A model generated the notes under the pieces. It saw only the letters and a list, made by a program, of their open reading frames with translations, was not told the origin of the DNA and searched no databases. A program made the translations under genes and the position numbers. From the NCBI GenBank assembly GCA_964199315.1, contig OZ116701.1, forward strand, positions 31,868,001-31,932,000: a stretch of 64,000 nucleotides of DNA, given 5' to 3'. The stretch is from Orbicella franksi. Lineage: Eukaryota. Positions 14,501 to 26,800 of the stretch are shown in pieces. Within the stretch, counting starts at the first letter, position 1. Every line of letters begins with the position of its first letter.

Positions 14501-17500
14501 GCTCCTTACCGACTAACTGGCTTTGGACAACAAGTCACAACAAAGTTCAATCATAGACGGACTTGATTTGGTTTTGCTTAACTACGCTCCGCTGTTGGCT
14601 TAAATAATCACGTGCCAGCTACTCAACCGATCAGATGTAAAACCAATTCCAAGCATGCCTTGGTCACGTGTGTTTTCCCGCGCTTGGCGCTCGGTTCCGT
14701 TTTGCGCATTGGCTTCGTGTTCTCATTGGTTCACTTTACGCTGTGATTGACAGTAGCTTTAGCAACTTGGGTTTTACAACAATCAAATGAAAACTGCCCA
14801 AACACAGAATCAAAATTCGAATAATAAGACTGAACACTTGCCTTTCTGGAAATAACTTTGTTAATTGACTCCACCCAGCGTCTCATTGCCTTGCCTTTGA
14901 CTCCCTCCAGGAACAGACTGAGTTTCGTCAACAACTCCGAATCACGCTCGAAATCGTAGCAGTGATTGTCCACCCAATGTCGCACAACATTCAGAACTCT
15001 GCTCAAAAAAGACGTAAGGCAAACTTGCGTAAATAAAACTTTAAAAAAAACTTTATTTACCCTCGGCCAGAGAGGGAAGCGCTTCTTAGATATGCTAATG
15101 AAGTACAACTTGCGTATTATTGTAAACAAAGATCCCCCCAACTTAACTTGTGAAGAGAAAAGTGTGTTTGCTCAAAAGAAAAAAGAAAAGTTCACCTCCA
15201 ACGATTTCTGAGCGAAAATTTTTAGTCCATTACATACCTCAGTTGCACAGGTTGAGCATATTCCTTTCTAAATCTCTTGAGGTCTTCACGGACAACAGGC
15301 TCCCCCCTGGCCATGGCCAATTCATCAAGCTCGCTCGGGGGAGGCTCTGGTATGTCAAACGTAACACACAGTTAAGGCTCAATAAAGTTAACGCAGCTTC
15401 CTTACAGATCTAATGGTTGGTTGCAAACCACCTATTTGACTTCCTGTCAATGAACTTATATTCAACAGCACGTTGTGATAAGACTTCACTTCAAACATGA
15501 CATAGACCCGTTTTTGACACAATCTTGCTTGGGGGCAAACACAGCAAAAATTACAGTATATGCATGGGGAAAGTTAGAAGTTCGATGCCCAATAACTTGG
15601 GAGTGATTGTCTTTCTGCTGTCAGGCGAGGAATTGCACTTTCAATTTTTCGCACAAACGTCTCGAACAACTCGATTTTACAGACATATGTAAGGAAAAAT
15701 GAAAACCTTAATCAGATTGTGGCTTTTCTAGCGAGGCGATTTCCCTGAAATGTGATCTATAAATTCTTCTACCTGGTAACTTTAGTTTTTAATTCATAAA
15801 TACTTCAGAACTCGAATTTTCCGTGAGTTGATAGTGACTAGATTCTCCATTTTCCCCACACCTTCACTGTAACTTTTGCCTTGTTTGCCCCCCAAGCAAG
15901 ATGGCGTCCGAAACCGTGAAAGGGTCTATAAAAGCGATTTTAACATATCATAACTTTGCTATGCCCAACTATTTACCTTTTCATTACAAATACGATTCTT
16001 AACATGGTAGGAAACGAGGGAATTTCCCCTGTGTACCATTAAATTATCACAACTAGCACAAAGAAGAATGACTCTTCGATTAGTTTGGGGATAATGAACA
16101 TTCAAGCATTCCGCATAATAGCTGCAAACACTGAAAAGGATATCTTTGGATTAAATAGTCCAAGAGCTCCCTTGGTTTGCAGAACGATCTGTACGTCGTC
16201 AGGAACGTTCTCACGAAAGTTGGATCTGCGGAATAATACAAACAATGACTGATTTTGCAGAGTTCTTTTATTAGTATGTAATATTTTCTGCACTATTATA
16301 TAAGCTTCAAAGAGTTTGCATATCATGTTATCAATCAACAAATTCTGCGAGTCAATAAAGGTGTAAAAATGAATTTATTTAAAGAGTGCGAGGAAAAATT
16401 ATACAAATACCTTAGAGCCTGCAAAGCGACTCAATTTGCGCAAAAGTATTTGTAACATTTTGCCTCGCGCTCTTTACGTAAATTCAGTTTTACAACTTTA
16501 TTAACTAGCAAGCAGAATTTGTGTTCCTTATTTTTCATTACCTTGACAATCGCGTCATGAAGACAATGAAACGCCGGTTTTCATCGTTAGTTTTTGTTTG
16601 TTTATGCATAACATTAGTATTATTAATTTTTTACATGAAGGCTCTGTTTCACTCTTGCCGTTTTACTGATGTGGCATTTGGTTTTGTGCGACTGAATCAC
16701 ATTCAGTTCCAAGAATACTGAAACAATGAAAGTGAATGTAATATTTTATCCTTTGGACATCAAAACTTACCTGCATACTTGTGATGTGTCAGTCTTTCAA
16801 TCAATTTTATTAGAGCTCCACCTTTTATAACTGGAGCATTACTTGAGCTCTGTGAAAAGAAATTACACCATATCACCTAGTGACGAAGCCTTCATTCTAA
16901 CCTAGAGACCCATCAAGCCGGCGCTTATCTCTGATATCTCTAGTTTCCTTGGCATGAAGCGACAAGGAGTATTTCTACTCCTCCCTAGATGGGATGCTAG
17001 TCCATTGCAGTGTTACTTCCAGCATTCAAATTCACCGGTACCCATTTACAAGAATTACACTAACCATTTCGCCACCTTGCCTAAAAAATGCACCAAAATA
17101 ATCTGCTAAGCACCCAGCCAGTGATAACAATACTGTGACAGCAGCAGCGAAGTGCTGTGGAAGGTCCTTCTAGTATGTTACCATTTAAATGAAAGTTGTA
17201 CCGTCGGAAGTGAGATACCTCCATGTGGCAGTGTTTATTACGATGTACAAGGTGGTTTTAACTTATAAAGTCCCTAGTCGATTTTTGAGCATTGAAATGA
17301 GAATGTGTACGCTTATTGAGTGAAAAGTTTACATTTAAAAGCCATTGCCTTTACCCCTTGTCCTTCCTCAAACACAATATTGTCTTCAGCGTCGTCAACA
17401 GCAAAACTGGGTGAAGGAGAAGAAAAGGCAAAAGTTACGTTTGAAAGTTTAGTAGTCTCGTTAGTGAAGTTAATTAGGAGAAAACAAACGAAAGAAAGCT

Positions 17501-17829
17501 TCAAATACCTACACTAATGTTTCTATAGCTGTCTCTTTGATGCTACATTTGTAATCTGTTCACAAGCTACAAAGTGTGTGTGCATTACAACTGGAGTTGA
17601 CAGTGTCACACAGCATTTTTATTATGTAAATGAACTAACCAGTATTCCTCTGGACCGGGCATTCTTAGAGGGATGGCTTTCTCTTCTTCTAAAAGAAGGT
17701 GATCCAACATTCGGTCTAGTGTGCTGTTGAGAGACAAAAACAAAATTGTGAGTTACACCAAAACAGCAAGAACTGAATGCAGTTCACTGTCTGACTATCC
17801 CAACATAATCAGGCTCAAGTTGTTCGAAA

Positions 17830-17866
<37 letters not shown>

Positions 17867-20800
17867 GCAGATAGCAAGGTTTGTTTTGTCAACCCTTATC
17901 CACTGGATAGTGATTTATCCGGTTGATAGCGTTATCCAGCCATTGAACAACTAGGCCTGATCAGCTACTATCAAAGAAACCATCTAACAATACATAAAAG
18001 GCACTGGAAGCTGGTCGGTCCTTGAAAATTGTTTTGAACTTTCCAGTTTTGTTAAGTTGCTGGAAAAAGCAAAACCAACTGGACCGACTATCTTAGTCAA
18101 CAATCAATCTAATGTGCTACAAAGCCGTAACTACATGTACTTAAGAATTGCTACACTACCACCGCACTGGTAATAAATCAGTCTTTGCAAATTGCTTCAG
18201 CTCAACCTGCTCTAGGTATCTATCATATTAAAGGGTTGAATCTTATTGACATACATGTAGATGCAGAGTCTATAGAATAACCATTACATAAATGAAGATA
18301 ACAGTGACTTCGTTGATGTCATGAGCAGGTATTTCAGACCCTAATACCTTCTCATGTAGATTGTCATTAGCACTGACATCCATTCATTCTTGTCCTCCTC
18401 CGTCTTGCAAGTGAAGACAGCTTTTGGCTGATCTCTGTCAACGATCTCAAAAGCATTCTTTACATCTAGTTTAAAAATATGCAAATTCATTTCAACTCAT
18501 CATTGCTTTAACTTGATATCAACTTATGGGCAATTTTTGGGTGTTGTAACCACCGATGACATCGAAACAAACCTGTTTAAATACGGCAACCTGATACAAG
18601 TACAAGAACGATCGAGTTTGGCAGAATATCAAAGAACTCTGAAGTGCATGGAGAACAGTTCACAGAAACAGGCAACAAATGTATTTTTTTTCTTAAGGTG
18701 GCCGAACACAGTTTTCGCGCGCACTTTTGCTGATGCAATTCAGCGCGCGCACAAGGATTGCAAAAACAAACATGCCGTCAATAGAGCGATCATTTTATTT
18801 ACTCAACACCCGCACTATCTACGCTATTTTTCTCTATTATTGAACGCAGTGTATTGATGGCTTTAGTCTTTTATTACAAAGATATGTTAGAAAAGGTAAC
18901 GACGCAAAGAAACCAGCAATTCTCAGCTTTTTCTTTGTTACCGAAAGAACCCAGTTTAATGCAGCGCATACGCAGTTGCTCGAAAAATTGAGACCGATTG
19001 CTTTTGCAGAAACATGCCGATTTCTAGCGATCCAGTCGTTAGAATTTCAAGAAATTTGGCAAAAAAATAGTTCAGAAACCACGTGAATGCTTTATCGCAA
19101 AAAATTTGAATTTTGACATAGGGAATTTTTAATAATACAGAACAAGCAGTGAAAACGGTTAAAGGCGAATTACGAAAATCGCCTATGTCAAAATTTTATT
19201 AGAACAGTGTTGACAGAAGTGATTTAATGTCAATTCGTAGTGGGCAAATGATGAAAAAAATCTAACGACTGGATTTTTTTTAAATAAACAAAAACCATTT
19301 TTTAAGCCTTGTTTTTAACCAGCCCCGTTGCCATGGCAACAGCACACACCTTAGCCAAAATGCGATAATAAACCCTTCTGTGGTTAACCTTGACGCTTGC
19401 AAAAAACGGGCGCCAAAGCATAAATAGCTTAAAAGTAATGGTGAATTAGGCATAGGCTCTTGAAAACTGTGTTCGGCCACCTTAAGTAATAAAATGTCTT
19501 TTATATGTACATGCTCATGTTTGTGGAATAACAGTATCAGAACTGCCTGATATCCAGGCCAACACATAATGTACTACACAGAAAACTCTGCACGGGGAAA
19601 TACTGTTAGTGAAAGAATTCTACATTACATTGAAGTTCTATAGAAGATGACTGTGGCAAGAGTTGAGCCCTGCTATTTGTACTCAGCAAGATGCTGAAAT
19701 GAAAATAGGCACTCACAGATAGCTGCCTGATCTCTGAGATCTGCCAGAAGAGAAATAGAGTCTGATGCGATAATTACCTTCTGTGTCATCAAGGTTGTTA
19801 ATTTCAATCTTTCTTAAAAAATACTTTTCTTTAAGTCTGTACTCTGGTGAAGGACCAGTTAGTGAATGCCTTGTATTCTGAAAAGCAAGAATAAAGAAAG
19901 TCAAATCAATTAATCAGTCGGTCAGTTAATCAGTTGGTCAGTTGGTAAGTTAGTCAATCAATCTGTCAGTCAGTCAGCAGAAAGGAGTTAAGATTGGCAC
20001 ACACGAGGGGCTTAGTCCCTGCGACTAGTCCCTGCAACAAGTCCCCTCAAGAATTTACACGAAGGGGCTGGTCACAGGGACCTGTTCCACAAACTGTTCA
20101 CATGATACGTTTTGAGGAACAAGTCGAAGGGACTTGTCCCAAAAATTCAAACTGGTTTGAATAGGCCAATTGCGATATATTAAAATTCTAACTTGGCTCT
20201 GAGGCTTAGGGAAATAAAACAAAAGAAATTAATTATTCATCCCTCATCCTCGATGCAATTTCTTTTGTTTTATTCCACTAAGCCTCGGAGCCAAGTTAGA
20301 ATTTTAATATATCGGAATTGGCCTATTGGTGGGATTAGTCACAGGGACCAAATTTTAGTCCCCACAACTAGATCTTGAAGCAAAAATGGCCAGTTCACGC
20401 GATGGGACTTGTCCCCACGACTTGTTGCAGAGACTAGTCAGAGTGACTAGTCCGCTCGTATGTGCTGACCTTTGCAAGGTACATCACGTTACCTGTTTGC
20501 AGCAAATCAGCAGGCCATCAAGAAGAAAAACATATCTTTCAGTGTCCCTTTTGTTGGGATGAACTTTACCAAGGATTCCCTCTGCAATGTGAGCAGATTG
20601 AAATACAATTCATTGACAATATTTTGAGGCAATCTGATCTGGGGTTGGTGATTTCAAATTCTAAGGGGTCCATGCCCTTTCTTTAGCCAAGGGGTGCAGA
20701 TTTCATGTACAGAGTTAGTATCCTGCGAATTGCATATGACCTTGAATCTCACTGGAAACACAATCTGTATATATTTGAATTTAATAGATAGGAACTGAAA

Positions 20801-23800
20801 AAAAAAACATTCTTCAGACATCTTTATCACTGCCCTCACCTTTCATTACTTCTGTACATGACTGTGAAATATCTCTCCCCTATGAAAAATGTCAAAATAA
20901 TTATTAAACCAAAACCTGAAAGTAGAAACTGTGCTGTGGGAAAACAACATACAATTATTGTATGTTGTTTTCCCACAGCAGATAGCAGTGTTAGTTATTT
21001 TTTAGAAAACAGTCCTAAGAAAATGCGCATGATGATTGGTTTAAAATCGTGTTCTCATTCTCCCAAACTTCCACTCGTGTTTCTATAACTCAACAGAAAC
21101 ACAATACATGTTTTCTATTTCGTAAACACTATATAGGTGGGGGATGACCTACATAGCAATGAGCTGTTACATGCACCTGGAAGGCAACCACGCCTATCTA
21201 TGAGTGGGGGGAGGAGTCTGACTGTGAAGTCTCACTAATATTTGTCAGGCAAGTGTAATCATGGCTATGGCTAGCTTGTGGGTACTGCCAGCCTGCAGAG
21301 CATTCATCCAAACTGGAGCTCAGGTTATTGCAACCAATGTGCGAATTAGTCCTGTCAGATAGCCCAGAGCTAGTGGATTCTGTCTGTCACTTGATGGCCA
21401 AATGAGAAAATTCAAATAGCGTTGAGAACAATTTTCAGATTTTTACCCATGAGAGGAGAGCTAGATTTTGCAGTTTCAATACGGTGTAACAGGAATGTTT
21501 AGGTAGTCTGTTTAAATCAGGGCAAAGGATGTTTTAGTTTTGGGCAGTACTAGCCTTTAGGTAAGTTATCCGACTTGAGACTGGGTTCTCACCAGAAGCT
21601 TTATGCATATCACTAGGTGTCCAGCCTTCAACTGTGATAGGGTTATTAATGTGCACTGTCTTACCTCCCATCCATCAATGTTCCTTTGCAGTTCATTCAT
21701 GATCACTGCTGCTGAACGGAATGCTCCTGATTTCCTCTTTTGCGCTCTCGTGAACTTGTCCCTGGTAAGTGATAAAAGCAAAAGTAAAGCCCTTGCAAAG
21801 TCCAAGGCCTAAAAGGATGTGGTATTTTACTCTGGTTTCCGTAGTGTAACATTGCTGGGAGTATTTCTATACTTCTGGCATTTTGTTGGGAGGCGTGGTG
21901 GCCACATGGTTAGTGCACTCAACTCCAGATCAAGCAATCCAGGTTCAAGCCCTGGCTGGGGACACTGTGTAGTATTCTTCGGCAAGACAATACTCCAGCA
22001 CTTGATTATGTTTCAAGTTGCACGAGTAACCCTTCCTCTCCAAGAACACAACAACCCAGAACTCTTACCTGGAGTCCACTGCAACAAACACAATGCCACT
22101 GGGCCTTCATTACTTAATAAGAGCTTGCCAAAACATTCCTAGTGTACTTCAAAACCCTCTAAAAATAATTCATACTTACTCTCTTTTCTTTGCCAGACTT
22201 CCGGAGGATTGGACAATTCTCTCCATCTCTGTCTGTAGTGGTCTCAGTGCACTCTGGGCCTGTCAAGGGTAAAATTCTTATTACTGGTTTGGACACACTT
22301 CTCATGGGGATAGTTGGGAGAATTCAATAAAAAATCAATACAATTTTCCTTTGGTGATCAAGTTCTGTGTTCTAGTGACCTGAATACTTGATATTTCTTG
22401 CAAAGTTGGGAAACACTGAATGCTGATTACTGAGTAAGCTGTACAGTTAAAAAAAAAAACGCATGTAAGAACCTAGTGATTTAAGAACCTACAGGCTGAA
22501 ATTCACCATTTAAATACTCAGAAATATAAGAACCTGTTCAGCCAGGCAAAGAAAAATAGGTTCTTATACATAATGTATTAGTACTACAATATTTCTGCCA
22601 ATGATTACACTACGTACAACAACCTCTGAAAAATAAGAACCTATTAAGAACCTAATCAGACTGAATTGTGAAAAACTATCCTAAAATATAAGAACCTGTT
22701 GAGCCTGACTTCGAAAGTCTAGGTTCTCATATGCGGGTTTTTACTGTGCTGAAGGATTAAGGCAACTTTAAGAAGTAGTTTATAATCAGCCTTAGAAAAC
22801 AGTCTCTGTTGAGATTCTAAGCAGTCTTGAGCTTCCCTACTTAATATCTGAATGCGCAAGTGTATGCCTGTATTAAGCCATCTCTCAGATCATGTTGCAA
22901 ATTGTCTGGTCTACACACTAGTTTGTGTCCATGTGCTACAATGTTAACTTTGACACAATGTCGAATGGTATCTTTTCGGCTTAAAAACTAATTTCTATAA
23001 TAATAATGTCTTGTCTGGATTTATCTTTTAGGACAAATTTCACAAGGTTGAATAAATTCCTTGGTTTTTCTCTTCATACAAACTGTAACTTTTAAAAAAG
23101 TCCATTCTTAAAGTGGTTTAAGAGATTCCTGCAAAGAGAAACTAGAAATGATATGGTAAGGGTTCATTTTGGCTGTACCACATGAATGCACTTTTTACCT
23201 GCTCTAAGCTTTCAATATCACCTTCATCTGGTGATGTTCTAAGCAACAACTGGAATGAGAAAATGAAAAAACAGCTTCAACACAGAGATATTAAATTTTA
23301 ACAGTGAGCTTTCTAAGGAAGAACACGCCTTGAAAATTAATTAGCGATGAACATGTCAACAGGATTAATGTTATGACTAGTGACTTGTTAGGATGGTGCC
23401 TGAAATTAATGAGGACGCATGCCAGTTCAAACCCTTACACTCCACCTGGGTTGTCTGAGTGAAGAGATGACCAGGAACTACATAGTAAGATAGATTGTTA
23501 CCACAACACCTTTGCAACTACAACAGATTAAACCCTGAATTTAAGGATCCATGGCTTAAACTCTGGCATCTTTTGTCCAGCACTCTTTTCATCCCCTGTG
23601 AGAGAGTCTTTCAGCTTCCCGCTTAAAACATTCAACATAATGGTGTACGTAGCACTCAGAGATTCACATAAAACCTAGGTTTGGTTAATAGGATTTTCAA
23701 TTTGGTTATAATTTTCCACCTGATGTCAGCAATAACTAAGAGAAACCACAAGGAACTCTGAAATAAAACCTCGTAAATTTGCAGCCTTTCAGCTTGAATC

Positions 23801-26800
23801 TGAGAACTCCAACTTCTCTGATGGAAATAGAAATAGGTGTGGTGGGATGGGAGATGTCTCTCAAATCTCAGGCCAATACTGAATCCAAAGGTTACTCCCC
23901 TAACAATCCATAATCCCAACATCAACAGATCTACTTAATGTATAATGGTCACCTTAATAAGATCAAAGTAGTGTAAACAATGATAGATAGGCATCATTAG
24001 CAGCTTGGGTAGACAATACTGAACAGCTTCTTTGAAACCTGGGCCTTTGGCCTGAAAAAAATCAAAATCACTTAGTAATGAAAGCTGTGGGGCTTGGCTT
24101 AAATGCTGAACTATAAAAGAAAACTGATCACTCCATAAGAAGTACATGTACAAACGAGGCTATTTTGAAATTTCTGTGAGATTTCCTGTTTGCCGATTGC
24201 TATATGTAGCAAAAGAGGCAAATGTGTGAAATGCATGAAAAAATCCAAAATGGCTTTGCCTTGGAAATTCAAAATCCAAAATGAATAATATTTGTATCCA
24301 ATTTTTTGATCAATTCTTAAATACTATTCTTTTGTTTTCCACAAATTGTTAGTTGACACTATACTGCCAACAGTTTGATGCGAGGCAATTTAAAACAGTG
24401 AATCCTGGAATTCATTGTTACTTAGTCTGCAAGTACATAACGGCATTTTTTTAAAGAAAACTTTCCTTTAATGCATTTACCTGTGTAACAGAGTTTGATG
24501 AAACCACATAAGCAAAACATGTCATTGTTAGGCAAACCATACCTTGAAGTATTCATTGACAGGAGTTCTTAATAATAACTCTGACAATTTCCCTCCGATA
24601 CCAAGATGCCTGTACTGTTTGCTAACTGAAGCAGTCTGCTCCCTGGCGTATGTCTCGTAAACTTCAAACTCAGCACCCTAAAGAATTGTATCCAAATACA
24701 TAATAAGGCTTTCTGTAATATTTAACAGCTAATCTTTCCACAACTTTTTGCCAACATGCGGGGTCTAAAGAAAATGAATTCTGACCTTGAAAGCAACTGT
24801 ACGCCAGGCATGATTGTCTTGCAGTCCCAACTGAATTTAATTGGTTTTTTTATGACTGGACTCTCTTTGAAGCAGACACCTCTCTGAAATTGACTGTTAG
24901 AGTCACTTATGAATTGAGAGACATTTCACAGCATTTAATTTTGTGAGCTAAAGAAGGGTGCTTAGCAGAGACAGCACACTTGTCTGGACATATCCTAAAA
25001 AATGTTTCATCATCATCGTCACGTTTTTGGTAAGCAATAGATAGCAGCAACGAGTGGATATGTCAGTTGAGACAGAGAAATGGCAAGTTTCTCTCTGGTG
25101 ATGTGTACAAAATGTTCCTTACTTTGGCATATTAAAATAAATGACAATTCCCATTTAACAGTGTATGTCCAGAATGCACTGTACCTCAGCCATCTCTTCA
25201 AAGCATTCTCCAATCGCTGGCTGTTTGCCTTCATCTGCTACTTCAATAGCTGCCTCCAACAAACCCAGAAACGTCACAGAGAACTCATAGATATCAATGA
25301 TATTGCTGAAAACCCTTCCAATATCCTGTAAGAACGGTTCACTTCGAGGTTAGATACTGGCAGTGAAAATATCATAAATATTGCCTTTCCTTGCCTATCA
25401 ATGTTCAAGAAAAGCAGATCAGAGGCGATGAAGGGGATATGATTTTGATCATCATTGCTTCTTTGAGGATGAGAATTTTGGCATGATACTTATTCCTGTC
25501 TTGGGGTAGGGATGCTGGCTTGTGCACCTTCAGTGAATGAGAAAGTCTAGTGGCAAGGAAACATAGGTGACAAGACTTCACCCCTGGGGGAGTGGGCACT
25601 CCCATATAAAAAGGACAACGGGCACTCGCCGTACATTTTAGGCGTTGAAAAGGTGGTTTTGTTGCCTCTCAGGGTGTTCAGCCTCAAAAGGTCCGCAGCG
25701 GGAGCTTTTGCGGCACCTTTTAGGGTATTGAGCCGAAAAAATACGAGATAATGTTTTGTTTTAGAATTGGTATCCCTTGGGGATTAAAAAAATTTCAAGC
25801 AATGCCCACAAACAGGATCTTGGTACCTCTTAGGGTTTTTTTTCAAAATTTCTGATGAGCACCCCCCTGGGAGTCCCACCTCCTCTTCATCTGGGTAAGG
25901 CCTTTTCTAAGGAGAATGAGATATGTATCAAGTGTGTTGCTTGACAGCTATTTTCTGCTAACTGACTGTCTGCCATTTTACTTTCTTGTGCCATTGTCAC
26001 ATCTTTCGCCCTTGTTGTTGGTGGTTTGGTGAGAGTCAATGGTGTTATCACCCAAAATGTTAATTCTCCACCCTTAGGGCTAGCACCCCACACCTTCTAT
26101 GCATGCCCCCCCCCCCCGCCCGCACAAGCTTAACATCAATAGATGTACATGCATATATCAATGATTCATTCTCTAATATATAGCATAATATACTACAACT
26201 AATATACTTATATGCTATAATATAACATGTAATAAGTATAAGTGTTAAACTTTCTTCTTATTAGTAGAGCGCTCCAGTCTGTCTCCAGTCTGATCGAGCT
26301 TTGACAAACATACAGGAAAAGGGATTGATTGATTGCATTCTGAATATTAATCCTGTGTTACATACCTCATGGGTGAAAAGGTCCTTTGCCTCCACAAAAG
26401 GTGCTCTGAAAACCTGAAATAGGGAATAGTCCAAGATATTCTCAATAGAGGCTGATCACAGGAACCAGCTATATCAATATTTAGGGTGCTCTTTTGCAAT
26501 GTTTGCTTGCAGGCTTGATGTGAAGTAGGAGGCTATCCCAGTTCAGACAAGCCCTTTTCCAGAAGGCCAATTTTTGAAAATTGCTAATGTTATAGGTGGT
26601 GACTATTCACGACAGAATACTTGTTGGAGTACTGGCAGGTGCCAGATCTTGTTGAGAGAATTCCTTTGGTCTACTGTGAGAGTGATTAGACGTGTCTTCC
26701 CAAAGACCATGAGACACTAACAGTGGCTGGGATTCAGACTTATCTGCCACACACCAGCCATTAACCACTGCCGACAAATGTGTTTCATAGTAATTTGCAA

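Noticed and set aside
21888-21960. tRNA-like sequence
   Set aside because: It has A- and B-box-like motifs but no full cloverleaf, and it continues into SINE body sequence. It is called a SINE head, not a tRNA gene.
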